Source of the DNA: Bispira polyomma
Taxonomy: Eukaryota
Length of the DNA stretch: 64,000 nucleotides
NCBI GenBank assembly: GCA_965649765.1
Contig: OZ287754.1
Location: 35,898,001-35,962,000 of the forward strand
Direction: 5' to 3'
In this document: positions 13,422 to 25,000 of the stretch, one piece after another
How the letters are laid out: every line of letters starts with the position of its first letter
Numbering within the stretch: position 1 is the stretch's first letter
Made by a program: the position numbers and the translations under genes
Notes under the pieces: generated by a model
Told to the model about the DNA's origin: nothing
The model's database searches: none
Seen by the model: the letters and a program-made list of their open reading frames with translations, nothing else

Positions 13422-13871
13422 CTGGAAAACAAAAAAAAGTGATTGAGTATTGGAGGAATTACATTTCCAAGTCAACATATTATGGTTCTACATAGTTTCG
13501 ATTGTGGAAAGGTTCAAGCTAAATTTTTATGTAATACTGTATATTATACTATATATACTATTTGTTTACAGGGCATACTACATGTTTTAATAATGAATGC
13601 AGAAAATGATTCATCCGGTGACGGATAAAAAAAAAAAAAGATCTTCAGAACTGAGAAGAAAAGTATAATTGTTCATAGGGATTCATACAAATATATCACA
13701 ATCTATCAATGTAACAAATTCGCATTGTTCTATTTTTCACTATAGGGATAGGTTTACCCATAATGCACATGCTTGCTATTTATTTGATATGGAAGTTTAG
13801 TATTTGTACTATTTATTTATACTATACCTTACTAGGTGCAACAATATCAAACAGAGTAATGTAGAACTTAC

Positions 13872-13982
13872 TGTTCTGTTCACTGGTTCAAGCAAGCTGT
13901 CAATTAGGGACCCTTTCTCATATAAGTTCAGTGTACTTCTGTCCCAGGTGACACCAACAAAATAACCACCATTGTTTTTAAC
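13872..13982 (-). CDS. Exon: LamG domain middle (YFVGVTWDRSTLNLYEKG)
   Basis: acag| and |GTAAGT, 111 bp, phase 0-0; VTW..L.LY..G LamG motif. Confidence 0.85.
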
Positions 13983-14219
13983 CTGTGTTAACAGCAAGTA
14001 CAATACCTATATGATCCATACGTACACAAATAAGGATAAAGTGCTTGCAGAAAACCAACCAAAAATGTGGCTACATCAAACAATTTTGATACATGATGAA
14101 TTTAAAAAAAAAGGTTAAATATCAAGCTGAGGTTACATTAAAATATTTTCAGATGTATATATCATCCCAAGATATCTAAGCACATGGATATGTTCATTAT
14201 AATGTTTTTATCATGTCGG

Positions 14220-15882
14220 ATAAAATTTATCCTCAAAACTATACATGTACATCTTTACACTGTTTGTATCACTATGTGTATAATACATGTACATCGTTAC
14301 ACTGTTAGTCTGACTATGTGTACAATACATGTACATCCTTATTTTGTTTGTATCACTATGTATATAATGCACCCTTACCCTGTTTGACTACCTATTTATA
14401 TAGCACATGTACACCCTTACACTGTTTGACTACCTATTTATATAATACATGTACACCCTTACCCTGTTTGACTACCTATTTATATAATACATGTACACCC
14501 TTACCCTGTTTGACTACCTATTTATATAATACATGTACACCCTTACACTGTTTGACTACCTATTTATATAATACATGTACACCCTTACCCTGTTTGACTA
14601 CCTATTTATATAATACATGTACACCCTTACACTGTTTGACTACCTATTTATATAATACATGTACACCCTTACCCTGCTTGACTACCTACATGTACACCCT
14701 TACACTGTTTGACTACCTATTTAAATAATACATGTACACCCTCACCCTGTTTGTCTGACTATGTATATAATACATGCACTTCCTTACACTGTTTGACTAC
14801 CTATTTATATAATACATGTACACCCTTACCCTGTTTGACTACCTATTTATATAATACATGTACACCCTTACACTGTTTGACTACCTATTTATATAATACA
14901 TGTACACACTCACCCTGTTTGACTACCTACTTATATAATACATGTACACCCTCACCCTGTTTGTCTGACTATGTATATAATACATGTACATCCTTACCCT
15001 GTTTGACTACTTATGTATATAATACATGTACACCCTTACACAGTGTTCTATCTATGCATTAATACATGTACACCCTCTTACACAGTTTGACTAGCTATGT
15101 ATATAATACATGTACACCCTTACACAGTGTGCTATCTATGCATATAATACATGTACATCCTTACACAGTTTGACTACTTATGTATATAATACATGTACAC
15201 CCTTACACAGTTTAACTACATATGTATATAATACATGTACACCCTTACCCTGTTTGACTACCTATGTATATAATACATGAACACCCTTACCCTGTTTGAC
15301 TACCTATTTATATAATACATGTACACCCTCACACAGTTTAACTACTTATGTATATAATATATGTACACCCTTACACAGTTTAACTACATATGTATATAAT
15401 ACATGTACACCCTTACCCTGTTTGACTACCTATGTATATAATACATGAACACCCTTACCCTGTTTGACTACCTATTTATATAATACATGTACACCCTTAC
15501 ACAGTTTAACTACTTATGTATATAATATATGTACACCCTTACACAGTTTAACTACATATGTATATAATACATGTACACCCTTACCCTGTTTGACTACCTA
15601 TGTATATAATACATGAACACCCTTACCCTGTTTGACTACCTATTTATATAATACATGTACACCCTTACACAGTTTAACTACTTATGTATATAATATATGT
15701 ACACCCTCACACAGTGTGCTATCTATGCATATAATACATGTACACCCTCACACAGTGTGCTATCTATGCATATAATACATGTACATCCTTACACAGTTTG
15801 ACTACCTATGTATATAATACATGTACACCCTTACAGTGTGCTATCTATGCATATAATACATGTACACCCTTACCCTGGTTGA
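14220..15882. repeat. 42-bp minisatellite, about 39 copies, overlapping the donor of exon 15874-16274
   Basis: TATAATACATGTACACCCTTACCCTGTTTGACTACCTATTTA; 14-aa periodic spurious ORFs. Confidence 0.97.
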
Positions 15883-16274
15883 TTCTGTATCCTGTACCTC
15901 CCATTCCTGTTGTTCTGTTGTCACCCTAACTTTCAGTACTGACCCAATGATGGCGATTGACATGCCATAAGACGTACTGGTCTGTCCCCCGTTGGAGAGG
16001 TAGTACTTGTCCGTAGAGATGTCAGGACTTAGCTTTAAGGCTAGATGCAAACTAAAGCCAGATGCGCAGACGTCAGGAGAGTGCAGGCACCTGGATCTGT
16101 CATCAGATGTAAATTCTAGATCGATATAGTCGGAGGAACTAAGCTGCAGGGCTGATTCTGTGATAACAGATACTTTTGCTGCTGAGGTGCCTCCATTTGT
16201 CGATACAATGTTGGCACTTAAGGTGCTATTGATGAGTGCGTCATTGACAAAATCAAAGGGGATGTATTCTTTTG
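15874..16274 (-). CDS. Exon: LamG/pentraxin (ConA-like) domain, N-terminal part
   Basis: ORF 15841..16320; CLHSPDVCASGFSLHLALK..YYLSNGGQ..SYG; acceptor atacag|, donor CAGG|GTAAGG; 401 bp, phase 1 to 0. Confidence 0.85.
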
Positions 16275-16849
16275 CTGTATCAAAGAGAAGAGTTATGGTA
16301 TAATGTTTGGGGATGAGCATTGATCCCAGCAGACATTACACAGAATATAGACATTTTATCATTCATTCAGGTACTACTTGGGGTTTGAACGGTTTTGTCT
16401 TGTTAAAACTGATGATAAATGTTTTGTGTCTGTTTTGTATATGTACCAGGGATTTAACTTTGGTTTGATTCCAGTTGCTGGAAGAACACAGATTTTTGGT
16501 AAGCAGTAAAACCTCTATTTTTTAAATCTGCATTATAAGTATATTTTGTTTTATGGGCACATTTTTAATCTGCCAAATTACAATTATCTTGTTTTACATT
16601 ATGATATAATATTATTCCTAAGCTTAAAAGCATTCAAGTATAATAGTGGCTTTAAATTATTGGTGCTCAGGAACCACATAATACCACACAAAGATTCGTA
16701 GGGGTTTCTATTTATACTGTTTGAATCCACATATTACAACTTGTGTGGCCTCCCAAACAGTTACAACATAAACTATTGTCATTTTAAATCTGATAATCAC
16801 ACAATTTCATTGTCTCTGTCAGGGGCTGTTTCTTGCTTATTATAATGTC

Positions 16850-17300
16850 TATTGAGACATGGTGAGTTTTAAGCTTGAACAAGGCGATAGTGTATGCCCT
16901 TGACAGCAACCTCTACCTATCTGGACACATTCTGATAATTGACCACCCCTTAGTACAGCTACTTTGGTGTCTGTGTTAAATGGTGGGACCCACTTCATGA
17001 TATTATTGGTAAAATTGAAAAAAGTCAATTTGCAGTACATTAGCGAGCTATCAATATGGCTTTTTTAGTTGCTCGCATAATAATCATAAATAAAGTATTG
17101 TAGCATATGCAATAAATCTACAGAATATGAATTCACTCTGGCTTTTTTTTAGATAATCCTTGATAAGACAGGTTTTATCCATCTTCTTATTATTGGCAGC
17201 TGAAGCTATTTCATGAACTACAGAGATTAGTGATAATGGTCTGCACTTTTTAAAAACTGACATGGTTTATTACATTTAGACAAACAGACGAGAATACATG
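16850..17300 (-). mobile_element. Very decayed L1/Tx1-like RT remnant
   Basis: IGRGCCQGHTLSP resembles the RGCRQGDPLSP motif; limits uncertain. Confidence 0.45.
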
Positions 17301-17955
17301 TAAAATATGTAAATCTACGCCATAAGACCTTGCAAATCTAGGCTTGATAGTTTAGTTTTCTTATATTTTAGTACAGCACCAACTGCGTGAACAGTTATTT
17401 GTCCTTCTAGATTTTGATATTACTCATATAGTGCATACAGTTTACATCAATCTCGACTAACAACCTGAAACTTCAAAACTCACCATATTTTGAAGAAAAA
17501 CATGTAACTATAGATTTTAATATGCATGTTGGTTGTTTTTATAAATACAATGGTAACATGTCTGATGTACTTTCTGCTACTCTTTAGCCAGTCAAAAGTC
17601 AAGTTACTTGCATTACAAAGTCTTTCCTCAAATTTATCATAGGTATAACGTAATATTATCTTTAACATAGGACAAGTGTATATTTAGGTGTTGAAAATGA
17701 TTTATAGATAATTTTTAAAAAGTGCTAACAATTCTAGGTTTTTAGTTCCCCCTAAATAAGATACTGTTTTAAATAAAACAGCACTTGGTGTCAAAACAGC
17801 AATAACATATATTATGTAGGAGGCCATTTCAACACCCGTTTCGAATCGGCTTGGGAGCCGTTTTGACGCCCTCATAAATTTCCATTGGTGCTTACTTGGC
17901 GTACTATACTATATTAGTGTGGGAAAAGTTTGCCAAAGAACTGTAAACCACTTAC

Positions 17956-18049
17956 CATCGTAAGGTATGCATTCATCCAAAGCTCTAGAATACTGTAGAT
18001 GATTTACTGTGAGTACAAAAATAATCAAACCGATGACACTGGTTTCCAT
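17956..18049 (-). CDS. Secreted LamG-CBM14-EGF protein, first coding exon (signal peptide METSVIGLIIFVLTVNHLQYSRA-LDECIPYD); exon acceptor at 18090
   Basis: ATG at 18049, hydrophobic leader, donor GATG|GTAAGT in phase 1 joins the next exon in frame (D-A-KEYIPF). The frame is also open upstream to the acceptor tttcag at 18091. Confidence 0.8.
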
Positions 18050-18291
18050 ATTTGCTAGTTTTTGTGGTTTCCCTCCAAAAGGCAAAGTTCCTGAAAGATG
18101 AAAGAAAGATGTAGATATTGAATTAGATTAACATTTTGGAATCATCTTTAAGTTTTAGTCATAGATAAAATAATGTGTAGCAATACTTGACTGTCTGACA
18201 AACATGAATGTGTAATTTACATACCAGAAACATATTTCTTTCCCAATAAATGAATTCCATTATATCTGAAATCCATTTTATGAAAACCTAC

Positions 18292-18440
18292 CTGTATCAC
18301 AATTTCTTTTGGTACACTCTTTCATTAAATGCTAAATGTTCACTCTCATTCTGCATCTAAAAATGTGCTGTTGGCTTTTCCTTTACAGATCCGAGACAAT
18401 AGTAATCCTTGTTTCTAAGTGACAATTGATTGGCATTACC
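18292..18440 (-). other. Probable upstream (mostly 5' UTR) exon of the same gene; could add MKECTKRNCDTG... in frame
   Basis: tccag| acceptor and ACAG|GTAGGT donor; its 3' end is in phase with the next exon; in-frame TAG just upstream of its ATG. Confidence 0.45.
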
Positions 18441-19077
18441 CTGGACACAGACTATGAATAATATATATTGAATATATGGAGGAAATCAATGTACTTTACT
18501 GCAAACTTGCACTCCTAATTAACAGACACTAATGTATTTACAAATATATCCTTATATATTAATTATTTAATCTTAACACTTATTAAGTATAAATGTTATC
18601 CTATAATGTAATAACTTTCATAACATTTATATTAACTGCCTAAATAAACATACAGTATATAATTTACAGTAATATGCGGGGCTTGTAGTTTAGTTAGGTG
18701 CATGGTTAAATGTGGTCATAGTTCCCAATACATAGATTTAATTTTAACCCAGAGGTCAATGTGGTAAAATAGATGTGGTAAAGTGGATAGAGGTTAGCAA
18801 AGTTGAAGGAAAGGTCAAAACTGGAAGGTTAGTGAGGTAAATTAATACAGAAGTTGAAAACAGTATAAAGACTATTATATTTTATGGTAAAATTTTAAAT
18901 TTTAATTAAAATTTTGAAAGTCCTCATTGTGAATTAACACACAATGACTGGCCAAAATAAACAAAACATTATAACATTGAAATATTATCAAAAGTTTACA
19001 ATATATAAAACCTGGAACAATGTGTTACTGTGCTTATCAAAATGTTAGTGTGCAAAATGAACATGCAGTAGGCAAGC

Positions 19078-22000
19078 TTGTGGCATCAGTTTTGCTACGG
19101 CGTAATTATGCCATCGCCAGTGAGGGCCAGCTCATCACAGTGGTTTGCTATCAACATTTAACACTAAGAGGACTATGCTAGTTCATACATAATAGGTGGC
19201 ATGAACTGCAGCAGTGGAATGCGGCTTTAAAGTTATTCAACATTCCCTGTTTTTACCTGACCTTTCATCCTCACACTCAATTATGAATACTGTGGAAGCT
19301 ATTCTTAAGTGATAATGACGTTATTGGGCACTTGACACCTTTTAAGAGGAACAATACACTAAGTGCATGCTGAGTTGATTCATTAATATGTTCTCTGTAA
19401 TAAGCGTCACGCACCATTGACTCTGTTATAAAACTTTCCTTAATCCAGCCACGAGCTAGAATGTGACATATTTTCCACAGAACTAACCCACCAGTTATGA
19501 CAAACAAGGTGTCCAAATACTGATTGTAAGATATAATATATATACTAATAAGATACAAGTAGCTTTTACATTTTCTGTATTCTACAGTCACCATATCATA
19601 TGAAGCACCAATAAAATTTAAAAAGCCAAAATAAGGTACCTTGAATTTTAAAATTTTATGCTATTTTTCTTTCCAAAAAATGAGATGACGTCGCCCAATT
19701 ATTTCATCATTGAAACAATTGGATCAAGTGAGAACACACTTATGCAATCAATTAAAAATAATTCACTGTATTTCCTTGATAAGATCTGAACACTTATTTA
19801 GAAAGGATGAAAATGTCAAAACTACTCAGGTCAGTATAGTTTATGTAAAGGAATGCATAAAGTTCTTTTATAATACCAGGAAACTTCTAAATATAATTGC
19901 ATTAAGTTATCTTATAATACCAGGTAACTCCTGATAAAGTTGCATTAGGTTCTCTTACAATACCAGGTAATTCCTGATATAGTTGCATTAAGTTCTTTTA
20001 CAATGCCAGGTAACTCCTGATATAATTGTATTAAGTTCTCTTATAATACCAGGTAACTCCTGATATAGTTGCATTAGGTTCTCTTATAATACCAGGTAAT
20101 TCCTGATATAGTTGCATTAAGTTCTTTTACAATACCAGGTAATTCCTGATATAGTTGCATTAACTTCTTTTACAATACCAGGTAATTCCTGATATAGTTG
20201 CATTAGGTTCTCTTATAATACCAGGTAACTCCTGATATAGTTGCATTACGTTTTGATTTGGCTTTGGCAATGTTTCAAAAATTTTAAATATTTTTAAAAT
20301 TTCTTTTACAAATGTAAATACATACAAAGGTATAAAAATAAATGTCCCAAACTAGCATCACACTTCATTACCTCTGGAAGGTCAACACCCACTCATAATC
20401 ATCATACTGACTATACAGATCAGATCACACGTTATGACCTTGAGGGTAAAAAATCAATGAGTATTCACATGAACATTTTTGGCCTTAAAGGTTACAAGGA
20501 TACATTTCATAGTGACTGTAGAAGTCACTGCCAACCTTAGTTGCCATTTAGTCGCAGAAATTAACCCCCTTATAGTATTCATTAGTTGCATACTTGCTTA
20601 TTTGTGAGCAGCTAATCAGAAACTATAGTTATAAAGGTTTTCCCGCTCTTTCTGTAAATCTGCCACAAATTAAATAGATGACAGAGTGATAACATATAAA
20701 TATTTGTTCCCAACCCTCCACACATTTTCTAACAAAATCTGTTATAGTAACTGTTGTGAGGTTAGTTAACCTCGTATTTTGGGTCAGTTGACCCCTTTGT
20801 GTACATACTATGTGAGGCAATGTTTTAAAAAATTTAAATATTTTAAAATTTTCTTGTACAAATGTAAATACATACAAAGATGTGAAAATAAATATTCCAA
20901 ACTAGCATCAGACTTCATTACCTCTGCAAGGTCAACACCCACTTATAATCATTATACTGACTATACAGGTCAGATCACACGTTATGACGTCAACGTTATG
21001 AGTATTCACCGGAACATTTTTTACCTTAAAGGTCACAAGGATACATTTCATAGCGACTGTACACACCAAATGTATGTGCACTTCACTTTTTTAAACATAA
21101 GAAATATTTCTTCAAGGAGGTTATGTTTTCAGAGGAAACGACTTGGCTTTGAGGTTTTATTCTGTACATATTTGGTTACATTATATAATACAAATATATA
21201 ATAAAAAGTATCTTAAATTTCAATGAACAAACTACACCCTTTCTGCACAGCAGTGTTAACAAATTTATCATTGGGATAGTCCACCATATAAGAACATGGT
21301 GTAGGGTAAACACCAACTTACTTCTCCCACCTGAGTGTTAAGAGTGAAGAAGCCTTCACAGATGAGCTACAAAATTACAATTTGTAAATCAAGATATTTG
21401 GAAAAATGAAAGAGGATGGGGGAGGGTACATTTTTGTCGTTATGATTTATTATTATTTTTTATTATGCATTTTTAACACGTTTTATTGATACTAGGCGAC
21501 TTCTAAAGCACAACAGAAAAATCAGTGATCCAATCGGAGTTAGGGAGTTAGCCACAGTTATAGCAGTGTCCAGAAACAGGTGGTTTCGGATTCTTTTGAT
21601 GTCATGAATGTGGTAATAGCAGGAGCAATGATTTTAGGAATTTAGTGTCTTTCTTGTTTTCAATGAGAATGAATTGAGTTTTGTCAGGAGTTTATTACAA
21701 TTTGAAGTAATTCATCCACCCCTAGAAAGCAGACAGACATCACTATTTTTATTTGCATTTTGAGGAGAGATAGGCTTGAGTGTCATCAGCATACATGTGG
21801 TGTTTTATATTATGATTATTGATGACAGTGCTGAGAGGATGTGTATAGCGGATGAAAATTAGAGGCCCAAGAACAGATCCCTGGGGTACTTCGTATGCTA
21901 GGTTAATGGAAGATGATAAGGGATCATCTAGTTTAATTCTTTGTGCTCTAAGAGTGAGGTAGGATCTGATCCAATAAAGGGCCGTGCCTTTTGTTCCGAA

Positions 22001-25000
22001 CCACTGCTTGAGAGTGTCATAAAGTAGATCGTGATCAATAGTGTCGAATGCTGCTGAAAGATCTAAAATTGTGACAGCCACTGTTTCTGATGTTTTGTCT
22101 GTTAAGGTGGTCAGAAAATTGTTGTGCCACAGCTTTCTGGATGACCTTAGAGACAAAGCTGAGATTTGACACTGGTCAATAGTTTTGAGCTGGTTCTTAT
22201 CAAGCCCTGGTTTTTTTTAGCAAAGAAGTAACATTTGCAGTTTTAAAACAGGTGGAGAAAATACCATCCTGAAGATTATGTGTTGGTTATGGCTGTGATT
22301 AAAATGTCAAGGCATTGATTTAAAATATTGGCTGGGATAGGATCTAGTGTACAAGATTTAATAGGAGAGAATTTCATGAGTTTAAGAACATCCATGGAAA
22401 AGTCTATGGAAATGAAATAGGTTAGAAACCTTATAGCCTGGGATTAGAGGGAAGAAATGAGACATTTTTAAAAACATTCACGAATGTTGCTGATTTTATC
22501 AATGAAAAATTTGCCAAATTTATCTGCTAAAAATGTAAGACAGTGATTTATGGGGAGATTTTTGATGGAGAATTTTATTTATGGAGGCCCAAAACCTTTT
22601 AGGACTCCTTTTTGGCACTAGATATCAGCTTGTTGCACTTGTTCCTGGCGATATAGTAACAGCTTCTATCAAATGAGGATTTGGTATGACGCCATTGATG
22701 CTCAAGTTGGCGTTTGAGTCTTTTAGCCTCTGTGATGGCGGCATTGATCTATTCATGGTGGTTTGGGGGGAAGGGTTTTAGATAACCAAGGAGCGTGTTT
22801 ATCAAGGATAGTTGAAAGGCTATGATTGCATTGTGAGCTGATGCTGTCAGCGTTTTTGCACAGATTTTTTATGAGATTTGATGCATGGATGTTGTCTCTA
22901 AATTTGTCAATATTGATTATTCTGATATTTTGGTATTTTATCACGCAAGGGTATTGTGAGGCCGGTACTGGCAAATTTAGATAGGCAAAGGTTGTGGCAT
23001 CAGTTTTGCTACGGCGTAATTATGCCATCGCCAGTGAGGGCCAGCTCATCACAGTGGTTTGCTATCAACATTTAACACTAAGAGGACTATGCTAGTTCAT
23101 ACATAATAGGTGGCATGAACTGCAGCAGTGGAATGCGGCTTTAAAGTTATTCAACATTCCCTGTTTTTACCTGACCTTTCATCCTCACACTCAATTATGA
23201 ATACTGTGGAAGCTATTCTTAAGTGATAATGACGTTATTGGGCACTTGACACCTTTTAAGAGGAACAATACACTAAGTGCATGCTGAGTTGATTCATTAA
23301 TATGTTCTCTGTAATAAGCGTCACGCACCATTGACTCTGTTATAAAACTTTCCTTAATCCAGCCACGAGCTAGAATGTGACATATTTTCCACAGAACTAA
23401 CCCACCAGTTATGACAAACAAGGTGTCCAAATACTGATTGTAAGATATAATATATATACTAATAAGATACAAGTAGCTTTTACATTTTCTGTATTCTACA
23501 GTCACCATATCATATGAAGCACCAATAAAATTTAAAAAGCCAAAATAAGGTACCTTGAATTTTAAAATTTTATGCTATTTTTCTTTCCAAAAAATGAGAT
23601 GACGTCGCCCAATTATTTCATCATTGAAACAATTGGATCAAGTGAGAACACACTTATGCAATCAATTAAAAATAATTCACTGTATTTCCTTGATAAGATC
23701 TGAACACTTATTTAGAAAGGATGAAAATGTCAAAACTACTCAGGTCAGTATAGTTTATGTAAAGGAATGCATAAAGTTCTTTTATAATACCAGGAAACTT
23801 CTAAATATAATTGCATTAAGTTATCTTATAATACCAGGTAACTCCTGATAAAGTTGCATTAGGTTCTCTTACAATACCAGGTAATTCCTGATATAGTTGC
23901 ATTAAGTTCTTTTACAATGCCAGGTAACTCCTGATATAATTGTATTAAGTTCTCTTATAATACCAGGTAACTCCTGATATAGTTGCATTAGGTTCTCTTA
24001 TAATACCAGGTAATTCCTGATATAGTTGCATTAAGTTCTTTTACAATACCAGGTAATTCCTGATATAGTTGCATTAACTTCTTTTACAATACCAGGTAAT
24101 TCCTGATATAGTTGCATTAGGTTCTCTTATAATACCAGGTAACTCCTGATATAGTTGCATTACGTTTTGATTTGGCTTTGGCAATGTTTCAAAAATTTTA
24201 AATATTTTTAAAATTTCTTTTACAAATGTAAATACATACAAAGGTATAAAAATAAATGTCCCAAACTAGCATCACACTTCATTACCTCTGGAAGGTCAAC
24301 ACCCACTCATAATCATCATACTGACTATACAGATCAGATCACACGTTATGACCTTGAGGGTAAAAAATCAATGAGTATTCACATGAACATTTTTGGCCTT
24401 AAAGGTTACAAGGATACATTTCATAGTGACTGTAGAAGTCACTGCCAACCTTAGTTGCCATTTAGTCGCAGAAATTAACCCCCTTATAGTATTCATTAGT
24501 TGCATACTTGCTTATTTGTGAGCAGCTAATCAGAAACTATAGTTATAAAGGTTTTCCCGCTCTTTCTGTAAATCTGCCACAAATTAAATAGATGACAGAG
24601 TGATAACATATAAATATTTGTTCCCAACCCTCCACACATTTTCTAACAAAATCTGTTATAGTAACTGTTGTGAGGTTAGTTAACCTCGTATTTTGGGTCA
24701 GTTGACCCCTTTGTGTACATACTATGTGAGGCAATGTTTTAAAAAATTTAAATATTTTAAAATTTTCTTGTACAAATGTAAATACATACAAAGATGTGAA
24801 AATAAATATTCCAAACTAGCATCAGACTTCATTACCTCTGCAAGGTCAACACCCACTTATAATCATTATACTGACTATACAGGTCAGATCACACGTTATG
24901 ACGTCAACGTTATGAGTATTCACCGGAACATTTTTTACCTTAAAGGTCACAAGGATACATTTCATAGCGACTGTACACACCAAATGTATGTGCACTTCAC

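Noticed and set aside
14318-15062. 14-aa repeat proteins (CLTTYLYNTCTPLP)n
   Set aside because: By-product of a 42-bp unit divisible by 3, antisense within an intron
19277-21201. Triplicated small ORFs (105, 74, 82, 140 aa) as a gene cluster
   Set aside because: No recognisable motifs; identity only reflects the recent triplication
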